From contig OZ255721.1 of assembly GCA_965277285.1 (NCBI GenBank), positions 3,488,001-3,552,000 of the forward strand: a stretch of DNA of 64,000 bases, written 5' to 3'. Source of the stretch: Abditibacteriaceae bacterium. GTDB lineage: Bacteria > Armatimonadota > Abditibacteriia > Abditibacteriales > Abditibacteriaceae. Each line of letters starts with the position of its first letter. The stretch's first letter is position 1. The notes under the pieces were generated by a model. It had not been told where the DNA came from. It made no database searches and saw nothing but the letters and a program-made list of their open reading frames with translations. Positions 22,242 through 30,984 of this stretch are shown here, in pieces. Made by a program: the position numbers and the translations under genes.

Positions 22242-23351
22242 TTACGGATTTTTGGTCGCATTGTCAGGCCGAAATCTGGTGAAATTGTGGTTGGCGAAGT
22301 CGAGCGAATCGCGGCAATGTTCGGTGACGACGCGCCAAACGTGCGACTTTTGATAAACCATCACGCGGCGATCCAGGTTGCGCGTCTGAAGTTCCTTCGC
22401 CATTTTGGTGAAATCGTCGTAGTCTTCTTCGCCGGGCGCGGCATCCATATAAATGTGCAGCGGCGAATCGGCGGGAATCTTCTGCGCCAGCAACAGCGGA
22501 TTGTTGGCGTCCCACAACGGGCCGGGCGCGCCCAAAATAGTTTTCATCACGCTCGCATCGCCCGCTGGCTGATAAAAACCGGCGTGCGAACACAGCACAT
22601 TGAAAATATCGGGATGCTTTAATCCCAGATTGAGCGCGCCATAACCGCCGCCGGAATAACCCATCAGAGCGCGCTGCGAAGCCTGCGGAATCGTGCGATA
22701 TGTCGCGTCGATATACGGCACCAAGCCTTCAACAATGAAATCTTCTTCACGGTAACCGTCCGTTGCGCGATTGCAAAAGTTCGTCATGTCGCGCGAACCT
22801 TTGGGGCCGTCGCCATCGAAAGCGACCATAATCAGCGGCTGAATTTCGCCAGCGGAAATCATCTTATCGGCGACTTCTTCCATGTGCCCCGATTTGTAAC
22901 AATCGGCCCAACCGCCCGGCTGACCGTGCAAAACGTAAACGACCGGGTATCGAGTACTCGATGCGTCGTAGTTCGGCGGCAAATAAACCCACGTCGTGAT
23001 TTTGCGCCCCACAATCGGCGAGTAGGGCATCGATTGCAAAACCAGTTGCCCGTTCAAATTTGGCCCGTTCTTCTTCGATTTATCGCTCTTAACCACAACC
23101 TTCGGCGTCGCTTGCGGCGTGGCTCGCGGCGTGGCGATTGGTGAAGCAGCAGGTGTCGCGGTTGGCGAATCGACAGGTGTCGCGGTTGGTGTTGGCATCG
23201 CGTTTTGCGCCAGGCGAACTGGCGAAACGGAACGCGAGTGCGCGCCATGCGAGAGAACGGTTGTTGTCGCCAGCCCCAAAGCCGCTATTAGCAACGGCGT
23301 CTTGAACCATTTTGTCTGATAATTTCTCTGACCTTTCAAACCATTTTGCAT
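22242..23351 (-). CDS. Secreted alpha/beta-hydrolase (putative esterase family)
   Basis: VYLPPNY...YPVVYVLHG, GYSGG nucleophile elbow, C-terminal HVW; PT-rich linker after the signal peptide. Confidence 0.88.
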   Translation of the reverse strand: MQNGLKGQRNYQTKWFKTPLLIAALGLATTTVLSHGAHSRSVSPVRLAQNAMPTPTATPVDSPTATPAASPIATPRATPQATPKVVVKSDKSKKNGPNLNGQLVLQSMPYSPIVGRKITTWVYLPPNYDASSTRYPVVYVLHGQPGGWADCYKSGHMEEVADKMISAGEIQPLIMVAFDGDGPKGSRDMTNFCNRATDGYREEDFIVEGLVPYIDATYRTIPQASQRALMGYSGGGYGALNLGLKHPDIFNVLCSHAGFYQPAGDASVMKTILGAPGPLWDANNPLLLAQKIPADSPLHIYMDAAPGEEDYDDFTKMAKELQTRNLDRRVMVYQKSHVWRVVTEHCRDSLDFANHNFTRFRPDNATKNP

Positions 23352-23509
23352 ATCGTCCTTCAAATGCGAGAATATAAATTTGCGTTTTCTGGCGCCAAAA
23401 CCTGACGCCGCAAAACGTCTAACGGCTGAGTTTAGAAACTGGCATTTTGCAAGAAAAGCGCATGTTTTTCGACAAATGAAAAAGAATTGCACGAGATTGC
23501 AGAAACAAA

Positions 23510-23537
23510 GTAGGGGCGCATTGCAATGCGCCCCTAC
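23510..23537. repeat. GTAG-type REP-like perfect palindrome
   Basis: GTAGGGGCGCATTGCAATGCGCCCCTAC. Confidence 0.8.
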
Positions 23538-23542
23538 AAAAC

Positions 23543-24499
23543 TCACAACACCAATTCGCCGTGACGACGGCAATTTGCGACCGCGCGCGCGACGTGCTTG
23601 CACCAATGATGCGGCGTTTGCATATCCGGCTCGTGCATCGCGTGGCGAAAACGAAAATCGGGGCAATCGCACCAAACATGACCGCTCACTACATCGACAA
23701 CCGGATGCCAGAACGTGTAATCATCGCGCGTGAAACTGCGCGTCTGGAAGAAAATCTGGCCGTCCGGCGAAACCCAGTCGCGCAACACCAGACGCTTCTT
23801 CGGCGTTGAAACGTCTTTCGAGTACTCGATAACGCTTTGCGCTTCGATGCGCTTGGCATCGCTCGAAGACCGTTTCATTTGCTCGCGCGACAGAAAGCGC
23901 AACTCCATTTGGCGAGGCGAAAACGGCTGAAGCAAGTTGCGCAGAATGTTGGTGTTTCTCACGCTCGGGTCAAGCCATTGCTCATAACTTTCGGCACGCA
24001 AAATCGCGGGCATTCGCGCGTGATGCGGACTCAGCAAACGATTGCTTTCCGTCGTGACAATCGCGCACGAGCGAAACGCGTGACCGTTTGGCAAAACCCA
24101 TTCGTCCCACAACGCCGCGAACCCGAACAAACCGCCGTTCTTATCGCTGACATAAAGCGGCACACGCTCGCCGTCAACCGTCGTCCACTCGAAAAACCCG
24201 CTCGCCGGAACGATGCAACGTTGATTCAGCAAGGAATCGCGGAAAGCGGGCTTTTCGTGCAAAGTTTCCGCTCGTGCGTTGAAAATGCGACGCTCTGCCT
24301 GATCGTCACTTGCCCAGTTCGGCACAAGTCCCCAACGCAAACTTTGCGCGGTTCGCGTCCTCGATTCGCTGACACCAATCGCCGGAATCTTCTGACCGGC
24401 GCGCATCCCGAAAGTCGGCGCGAAAACGCTTCCGCTTTCAACACCAAAATGCTGCACAACTTCGTCCCAACGATGACTGATTGCAAACTCTCGACACAT
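23543..24499 (-). CDS. SRAP (YedK/HMCES-like) protein fused to a C-terminal SWIM-type zinc finger
   Basis: Cys2, WGLVP, FNARAET, RCIVPASGFFEW, HARMPAIL; C-terminal CDC...CKH. Confidence 0.9.
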   Translation of the reverse strand: MCREFAISHRWDEVVQHFGVESGSVFAPTFGMRAGQKIPAIGVSESRTRTAQSLRWGLVPNWASDDQAERRIFNARAETLHEKPAFRDSLLNQRCIVPASGFFEWTTVDGERVPLYVSDKNGGLFGFAALWDEWVLPNGHAFRSCAIVTTESNRLLSPHHARMPAILRAESYEQWLDPSVRNTNILRNLLQPFSPRQMELRFLSREQMKRSSSDAKRIEAQSVIEYSKDVSTPKKRLVLRDWVSPDGQIFFQTRSFTRDDYTFWHPVVDVVSGHVWCDCPDFRFRHAMHEPDMQTPHHWCKHVARAVANCRRHGELVL

Positions 24500-24631
24500 G
24501 ATAAATCTCCTTTTTGTGGCTCATGTGGACGAGGCGAAAATACGGCTTTCGTCCTGTCTCTGTATGGGTTTTTCAGACGTTCGACACCTTGAAAAGTGCC
24601 GTTTTTGTGGTCTAAAAATGAGGTTTTTATT

Positions 24632-24754
24632 GGAACACGGCGGCCTCGCCGACACGGATTGAACGGGTTTTCACGGATCAAAAACAGATCGAGTACTCGA
24701 TTTAGAAAAATCCTTATCCATCCGTCTCATCCGTGTAACGCAGTTCCGTGTCCC
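24632..24754. repeat. ACACGGAT/ATCCGTGT-type imperfect inverted repeat with the 12-mer at its centre
   Basis: Repeated CACGG units on the left and CCGTG units on the right; 12-mer at 24689-24700. Confidence 0.6.
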
Positions 24755-24788
24755 CAAAAAACTTCCTAAAATAATTATACCAAATGAC

Positions 24789-24817
24789 TTCACTTAGATG
24801 AGTGAAAGCGTTATAAT
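24789..24817 (+). promoter_or_regulatory. Probable promoter with an overlapping operator-like inverted repeat
   Basis: TTCACT-17 nt-TATAAT. TTCACT-tagatg-AGTGAA (24789-24806) overlaps the -35. Confidence 0.55.
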
Positions 24818-24860
24818 AATTGCAACGCAGCAAGAATTGCAGCAGAAAAGGAGTCCTCGA

Positions 24861-25940
24861 ATGAGCCTGTCATTTCAGAGAGCGAGTAAGAAAAGCGCGC
24901 GTTTGCGCATGGCCTTGATCGGTGTCGCGGGCAGCGGCAAGACGTATACGGCGCTCAGCATCGCGCAGCATTTGGGCAAGCGCGTCGCGGTTTTCGATAC
25001 CGAACGCGGCAGCGCCTCGAAGTATTCCGATACCTTCGAGTTCGACGTTTTGGAGCCGGAAAACTTCAACCCGAAAACCTATATCGACGCGATTGCTGCC
25101 GCTGAAGAAGCCGGTTACGACGTGATTATCCTGGACAGCCTTTCGCACGCCTGGACGGGTCAGGGCGGCGCTTTGGATTTGGTCGATAAAGCGGCGCGAC
25201 GTTCGCAAAGCAACAACACTTTCGGCGCGTGGCGCGACGTGACGCCGTTGCACAACGCGATGGTGGACGCGATGATCGGCGCCAAAATCCACATCATTGC
25301 AACGATGCGCGCCAAAACTGAATACGTGCAGGAAAAAGACAAGAATGGCCGCACGACGGTGCGCAAAGTCGGCATGGCTCCGGTGCAGCGCGACGGTTTG
25401 GAATACGAGTTCGATGTGGTCGCCGACCTGGATCAGGACAACAACTTCATCGTTGGCAAAACGCGTTGTCCGGCGATTGCGGGCATGGTCGTCAACAAAG
25501 CCGGCCGCGAAGTAGCGACCAAGCTGAACAACTGGCTGTCCGATGGCGGCGCGCCCGAAGTTTCGGCTCCCAAAGCCGGACGCGAAAGTGTGCGCGAAGC
25601 CGCCAAAAACGTTCCCGCCGATGTCGCGGCCAATGCGCCAAGTGAAGAAAAATCAGCCGTAAAAGCGTCATCGAGTACTCGATTGCGCGACAAAGCGGCT
25701 GCGGAAAAGCCGGTTGAGAAAGCGGACGATTTCGCGTCGGACATCGCCGAAACGATGCATTGCGATTGCGGCGTGGAAGCGCGTTATGTGCGCGGCAAAA
25801 GCGGCAACGGCTGGGTTTGCGGCAACTTCGGCGCGCCCGATGCGTGCAACTTCCGCATGAAGGACAGCACGCCCGAACCCGTGGTTGATGTCTTCGATGA
25901 AGCCGAACCGGAAGTGGCATTGAACGGCAAAGGTCATTGA
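24861..25940 (+). CDS. Sak4-like (AAA_24) P-loop ATPase / ssDNA-annealing protein with C-terminal Cys4 zinc ribbon
   Basis: GVAGSGKT, DTERGSA, ILDSLSHAW.G.GG, QRDGLEYEFD; C-terminal CDCG...WVC...ACNF; AGGAG RBS. Confidence 0.82.
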   Translation: MSLSFQRASKKSARLRMALIGVAGSGKTYTALSIAQHLGKRVAVFDTERGSASKYSDTFEFDVLEPENFNPKTYIDAIAAAEEAGYDVIILDSLSHAWTGQGGALDLVDKAARRSQSNNTFGAWRDVTPLHNAMVDAMIGAKIHIIATMRAKTEYVQEKDKNGRTTVRKVGMAPVQRDGLEYEFDVVADLDQDNNFIVGKTRCPAIAGMVVNKAGREVATKLNNWLSDGGAPEVSAPKAGRESVREAAKNVPADVAANAPSEEKSAVKASSSTRLRDKAAAEKPVEKADDFASDIAETMHCDCGVEARYVRGKSGNGWVCGNFGAPDACNFRMKDSTPEPVVDVFDEAEPEVALNGKGH

Positions 25941-25958
25941 AGCAAATTTAATCTACGC

Positions 25959-26002
25959 ATAATGAGGGATGCAACGAGTTCATTTGCTGCACCCTCATTA
26001 TG
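25959..26002. terminator. Hairpin between convergent genes
   Basis: CATAATGAGGG-ATGCA...TGCA-CCCTCATTATG. Confidence 0.55.
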
Positions 26003-26036
26003 TGTGGAGAGAAGTTATAGTTTATTCTTCCCGAAC

Positions 26037-26506
26037 TTAATGCTTGCACTGTTTTTCTATATAACTTATCACTTCCACGGACTTATCTAAGTATACGTTT
26101 ATGCGAGCCAAAGTGATTCCCGAATCCTTTCCATGTGCTATGAGATGTCGATTAGCCATTATAGAATCAATGGCTTCTTTTCTACCTTCTTCGTTCAAAA
26201 AAGTTTCTAGATCAACAGCCCAATTCTTTTTAAAGATCGAGCTACTGAGACGAATTTTGGACTTTTGGGGTTTTGAAGTTTGTCAAGGTTCTGGCTAACA
26301 TGATTGTATATAGCCTCGCTCGCAGAACCTCGAGCATAAGCTTTATAAATTTCGATTAGAGCGTTCTCCAGAAACCCCGCGCTTAAAACACACAGGTATC
26401 TCGCCCAGTGAGATTGAGCTTCAATGTCATCACCACATGCTTTGCTCGTCTTTGCAAACAAAGCTTTTAACCTGTGCAGTTGTCTTGACACCTCGGCATT
26501 ATTCAT
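26037..26506 (-). pseudogene. HEPN-family nuclease (RiboL-PSP-HEPN/MAE_28990-like) split by a -1 frameshift; pseudogene or recoded gene
   Basis: Frame 0 stops at 26207. The -1 frame from about 26234 reads FKKNWAVDLETFLNEEGRKEAIDSIMANRHLIAHGKDSGITLARINVYLDKSVEVISYIEKQCKH* and contains the Rx4H motif. Confidence 0.85.
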
Positions 26507-27594
26507 TAGATGTTTTCAAACTTCTCCGTCGCTTTCTTTAAACGGTCTTTTACGTTGGCCTCATCCGCAGTAGATTGGCTGCTGGCTCTGATAAAATCTG
26601 CGTCTTGAAGTAAGGCGTCATAAGCAGCACGGAGTTTGTCTTCATCTACAGGCACATCGTTTTGAAGACGTTTTGTAAGGCCTACCGCGACAGCATCGAA
26701 GACTGCCGCATTTATAGACCTTTGTGGCTTGAAGGCTTTAACACCAAAGTTCTTATAGGCCACTAAGATCATGTTATCGAACAGTTCCCTGCACTCTTGT
26801 TTGAATTCATCAGACATTGAGATGTTCTTCTTTGCAAATACATTCAAAAACTCTTTCATTGGACGCTCATATACAGCAGAGCCAAAATGTAGTGCAAAAT
26901 ATCTCAGTATCAGCTCTTGATCTTTCAAATGCGTGTGCTTTTTGCCGAAAATTTGGCGCCAGTAGCTGTTATTATTTAATTCACCAACTAAGTCAATCAT
27001 GTCGCCATGATAAATTGCTGTGCGTATTTCTTGAGCATCTAATTTTCTACCGCCATTATTGAGCCTCTCGAAAATATGGTAAACGCTTGTATCGTTATCG
27101 TTTGGTGATTCTTGTCGCACAATTGTAGCGTGAATTATTGAGTCATTGAGTTTTACAATGTCATTGTCAGGTAAATCCTTAAAAGCCTTATTCAAGAACT
27201 TTTTTTGAACGCCAAGTAGTTTAAAAATACGACGGTTCTTATCATCACTTTTCGGATTGAAAAATCCCTCATAGAAGAAACGAAGAGTGCTAATGCGTTG
27301 TTGTCCATCAATCACTATCAATTTGTTTGAGCCAGTATCTCGAGCCAAAAAGATTCCTGGAACAGGAAGGCCCAGAAGCAGCGACTCTATGAAGCGAGAG
27401 GCTTCTACTTGTGTCCAAACATAGTCGCGTTGGAACTTCGGGTTAAAAATATCCCCTCTTTGCAGCCGCCGAACTATACCTTCAACATCATAGTCCGCGC
27501 CGAAACTTGCAATGTCGTATTGCTCTGGAATTGTTGCGTCATCGCCAGCAGCTTCATCTACAATTGTCTCGGCTTTTGTTTCTAACAAGTTCAT
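26506..27594 (-). CDS. DUF262 (ParB-like/GmrS-type) domain protein
   Basis: PKFQRDYVW, FIESLLLGLPVP, VIDGQQR, IFERLNNGG. Its stop overlaps the HEPN start (TAATG). AT-rich. Confidence 0.92.
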   Translation of the reverse strand: MNLLETKAETIVDEAAGDDATIPEQYDIASFGADYDVEGIVRRLQRGDIFNPKFQRDYVWTQVEASRFIESLLLGLPVPGIFLARDTGSNKLIVIDGQQRISTLRFFYEGFFNPKSDDKNRRIFKLLGVQKKFLNKAFKDLPDNDIVKLNDSIIHATIVRQESPNDNDTSVYHIFERLNNGGRKLDAQEIRTAIYHGDMIDLVGELNNNSYWRQIFGKKHTHLKDQELILRYFALHFGSAVYERPMKEFLNVFAKKNISMSDEFKQECRELFDNMILVAYKNFGVKAFKPQRSINAAVFDAVAVGLTKRLQNDVPVDEDKLRAAYDALLQDADFIRASSQSTADEANVKDRLKKATEKFENI

Positions 27595-27729
27595 CTCACT
27601 TTCCCTTCGGCACTCGAAACTCATTAAGAGATGCCAATTTATCTATTTGGATTATAACAACGAGCACAAGTCATTGAACATCGTTAATATCTCCACATTG
27701 CGGCGCAGCGATTCATTTCGCTGCGCTTT

Positions 27730-29472
27730 TTATTTGCCCCACGCTTGTTGCGCAAAAGCTTCCAAGTCGTCGTAGCGTTGCGACCAGGTTGTGTACATCA
27801 CGCCGCTGACGTTGGGGACGCCTTTGGTGGCGTCGAGCCAATCGCGGATTTGTTGTGGTCGGTCGTCGTAATAACCGGCGAGAACTTGGTCTTGTCCGCG
27901 CGCGGCGAAAAACGGCAGGCTTTGCTGGCGATGGTCAAAGTTCCAGTTGAAGACGCCGACGTTTTTATCCAGGCCGTTCCATGAACCGGCCAGTGTGCCA
28001 TTGACAAGATAATAGTTGTCGACGGCGTTGTGGTTGGGGTCGAACATATCCGACCAAACGTAGACTTTGGCTTGCGGATTGGCGGCGCGCACAAAAGCGA
28101 TGCAGCGCTTGACGTTATCGGCGAGCAGTTGTCCGGGCGTCATTTTGCGCGATTGGCAGGCTTCGCACCAATTGGCGACGCGCAGTTCATCGTGCGACAG
28201 CAGAAAGGCTTTGGGATGAAAAAGCGCGTTGACGCGACGAATCTGGTCTTGCAGCAAGGTATAAACGGCGGGTTCGCTCAGGCAGCAGGCGACCTGTTCG
28301 CCATTGGTCACAATGGGATGATAAAAGCTGACGAGCAGTTTTTGCCCGTCTTTGATGAGCGAATTGGCGGCCAATCGAATCGGCGGCGCCTCGTGATAAA
28401 TCTCGTATTCGCCTGCCCACGGGATATTGCCCAGGCGCGGGTCTTTCACGGTTTCAAAATCGCGGCCTTCCTGATACAAAGTTCCCGTTTCGCTCTTGAC
28501 CGTCAGCGGACAACCAGCGCGTCGCAGAACATTGAGCAGGCCGACTTCTTCGACCTGCAAATCATCCATCCACATTTTGCCGCCGCGACCGCCCCACACG
28601 CCGCAATAGATGTTGACGCTGCTGTTGTCCAGCGAATTGAAAACCGCGTGATATTGCGTCCATTCCTGCGTGCGCGCGACTTTCCAACCCGCATAAATCA
28701 GCGAGCGACCAGTTGGCGTCAAAGCCAGTGACCAAACGCTGCCAGGCGTCTCGAAATCCTGCGTTTTGAGCCACACCGACAGGTGATATTGGCGCCACGG
28801 ATGCACTTTCAACGTTTGAATAACGCGCCCGTTCGCCGGATTGGACGCCGCGCCGATATTGTCGATGCGCAGCGATTGCGCGCCGCTGTGCTTGATTTGT
28901 GTGTCAGCGAACGTGCCGCTGCCCGGCGCATCCTGATAATTCCAGCCCGCAAAAGTGTTGTTTTTCGCTGTCTCAAAGTCGCCGTTTTGCAATCGAGTAC
29001 TCGAATCAATCTGCAACTCGGCGGTTTTGCCCTTGACCACAAACGGCGCGTCGCGGACGGGAACGCCTTCAGCCAGATTGGGATCGTGCGCCAGCAAACT
29101 CGCCGAATAACCAATCGGCGCAACTGCGGGAACGATGTCCATTCCAAGATCGTGCGCCGTTTTGATGAAGGCGCGCGCGTTGTCGAAGTAATGCGGCGAA
29201 ACCTGGTCGAGCACGCCCAACTTGTAATCGGCCAGCACAACGCCATTGTAACCAGCGGCTTTGGCGCGCTTCATCACCGCTTGCGCCTGCGCCAGTTGAT
29301 CGTCTGAGAGCAGGTTATTCATCATCCAAACCCAACGCGCCGACGGTTTCGTAGTTGCCAACGGCGCAGCCGTTTTGACCGGCGCGCCGTTTTGCGCGCG
29401 AGCAGCCAACGACAAAACGCTCATCAACGCTGCTGCGAAAAGAAATGTACTGGCTGGTTTGTGTCGCATCAT
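27730..29472 (-). CDS. Secreted carbohydrate-active protein (TIM-barrel with inserted CBM4/9-like domain)
   Basis: Signal peptide, LQNGDFE...GW CBM-like start, SHDELR (GH20-like DE pair), VWSDMF, MYTTW. Confidence 0.7.
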   Translation of the reverse strand: MMRHKPASTFLFAAALMSVLSLAARAQNGAPVKTAAPLATTKPSARWVWMMNNLLSDDQLAQAQAVMKRAKAAGYNGVVLADYKLGVLDQVSPHYFDNARAFIKTAHDLGMDIVPAVAPIGYSASLLAHDPNLAEGVPVRDAPFVVKGKTAELQIDSSTRLQNGDFETAKNNTFAGWNYQDAPGSGTFADTQIKHSGAQSLRIDNIGAASNPANGRVIQTLKVHPWRQYHLSVWLKTQDFETPGSVWSLALTPTGRSLIYAGWKVARTQEWTQYHAVFNSLDNSSVNIYCGVWGGRGGKMWMDDLQVEEVGLLNVLRRAGCPLTVKSETGTLYQEGRDFETVKDPRLGNIPWAGEYEIYHEAPPIRLAANSLIKDGQKLLVSFYHPIVTNGEQVACCLSEPAVYTLLQDQIRRVNALFHPKAFLLSHDELRVANWCEACQSRKMTPGQLLADNVKRCIAFVRAANPQAKVYVWSDMFDPNHNAVDNYYLVNGTLAGSWNGLDKNVGVFNWNFDHRQQSLPFFAARGQDQVLAGYYDDRPQQIRDWLDATKGVPNVSGVMYTTWSQRYDDLEAFAQQAWGK

Positions 29473-29526
29473 CTTTTCTCCTTCAACTCAACTTGGACGC
29501 GTTTCACTGGATTGTACATGGCCGAC

Positions 29527-29904
29527 TTAGCCAAAGGTTGACAGTTCGCCTTCGGCTTCGTCCGCACCGAGCCAAAGCGTGATCCAAATGCCTTGTTTTG
29601 TTGATCGCTTGTCAGTCACGCGCGCTCGAAAGTTTTCTTTCCACTGTTTTCTACCGTCTCCGATGTCTCCAACCCACATTTCGCCAGTGAACTCGATTTG
29701 CCGCAACTTCCTCACTTTCGCCGTCAGGTCAACTACGCCGTCATACCAATAATATTTTCTTGCAGGAACTTCAGCTAACAAGGCTGCAACTATGACCTCG
29801 AACATACGGCTCACATTTTCTGCATAAAGATCGAGTTTTTCGCCCTCAAGCAAACGTTGGAAAACGCTTTCAAAACTCTCTGCCAATGCACTCGGTTGTT
29901 CCAT
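29527..29904 (-). CDS. Hypothetical protein
   Basis: 125-aa ATG ORF co-oriented between arfB and the CAZyme gene. Confidence 0.6.
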   Translation of the reverse strand: MEQPSALAESFESVFQRLLEGEKLDLYAENVSRMFEVIVAALLAEVPARKYYWYDGVVDLTAKVRKLRQIEFTGEMWVGDIGDGRKQWKENFRARVTDKRSTKQGIWITLWLGADEAEGELSTFG

Positions 29905-29949
29905 GAATTTATCGCCTCACAACTGTTTCATTCTCAATCGAGTACTCGA

Positions 29950-30345
29950 TTAATCCATATTGCGGCGCAGCGATTTGGTTTCGCCGCGTCGTTTCTTTTG
30001 CTCCAAACGTTTTTCTTTGGCGGCGCGCGACACTTTGGTCGGCTTGCGCAGCTTGGGTTTCTCGTGAGCGCGCATCAACAATTCTTCCAATTGCGACCAC
30101 GCGGCGGTGCGATTGCGGTCTTGCGTGCGAAATTGCTGCGACTTCAAAATCAAGATTCCCTCAGTCGTCATCTTGGTTCCCGCCAATCGCCGTAAGCGCG
30201 ACAAAACATCGTCGGACAAATGAAGCTTGCTCGTTTCAATTCGCAGAACTGCAACGGTCGAAACTTTATTAACGTTTTGTCCGCCTGGCCCGCTGGCGCG
30301 CACAAAATCTTCATGCACGGCGTCCGGTGGAATGTTGATATTCAT
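29950..30345 (-). CDS. arfB: Alternative ribosome-rescue peptidyl-tRNA hydrolase
   Basis: FVRASGPGGQNVNKVST, RTQDRNR, basic tail RKPTK...RLEQKKRRGETKSLR. Confidence 0.94.
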   Translation of the reverse strand: MNINIPPDAVHEDFVRASGPGGQNVNKVSTVAVLRIETSKLHLSDDVLSRLRRLAGTKMTTEGILILKSQQFRTQDRNRTAAWSQLEELLMRAHEKPKLRKPTKVSRAAKEKRLEQKKRRGETKSLRRNMD

Positions 30346-30938
30346 ATCGAGTACTCGAAGTCGCTGTGTTCGTCAAACCACTTTCCTATCGCTTCATTCG
30401 CAGCTTGTAGAATTGCTTGTTCGGTCAGGCTTGCGTTTTTGCGCTCAAAGATCACCGTTTCCGTGTCGGTCGGCTTGTCGTAAAGCCAGGCTTTTGCACT
30501 CGATTGGTGCGTTACGCAATTTATCTTGACAGAAACACAGCATCTTTTTCCTTTGTCAATCCAACGCGATAAATGCGAATAACGAGTTCTCCAAGTCTTC
30601 TCGTCTGTCCAAGTGTTTTTCAAATGAGCAATTTTCTCGTTTCCGCCTGCGGCCAAATAGTTCTTGATGATTTTATCTATTTCGCCATAAATATTTTCAC
30701 GCGAAGAAGCAATTTCGACTTCGTGCAAGGTGTAAGAAATGCTGTGAAATCCTGATGAACCAAGACGACAAAAAGTTTCTAACCAGATTTTGTATGAACC
30801 ATCAGAACTGGCATAACCGTAGCCACAACGCGCATCGGCGATATTTGGATACTTTTCTTGCCAGCCTTTACCCATTCTGGCTTCAGCGAAAGTCCATCCT
30901 GCATCAATTTTTTCGTGTAACTCGCTAATCAAAGACAT
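30342..30938 (-). CDS. Hypothetical protein
   Basis: 198-aa AT-rich ORF with GAGG RBS; ATGA overlap with the arfB start. Confidence 0.65.
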   Translation of the reverse strand: MSLISELHEKIDAGWTFAEARMGKGWQEKYPNIADARCGYGYASSDGSYKIWLETFCRLGSSGFHSISYTLHEVEIASSRENIYGEIDKIIKNYLAAGGNEKIAHLKNTWTDEKTWRTRYSHLSRWIDKGKRCCVSVKINCVTHQSSAKAWLYDKPTDTETVIFERKNASLTEQAILQAANEAIGKWFDEHSDFEYSI

Positions 30939-30984
30939 AATCTTTCCTCTGTCACGACATGCTTCAACACGTTATAACAAAAGC

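Noticed and set aside
24500..27700. Prophage around the Sak4-like gene
   Set aside because: No structural, terminase, integrase or replication genes nearby.
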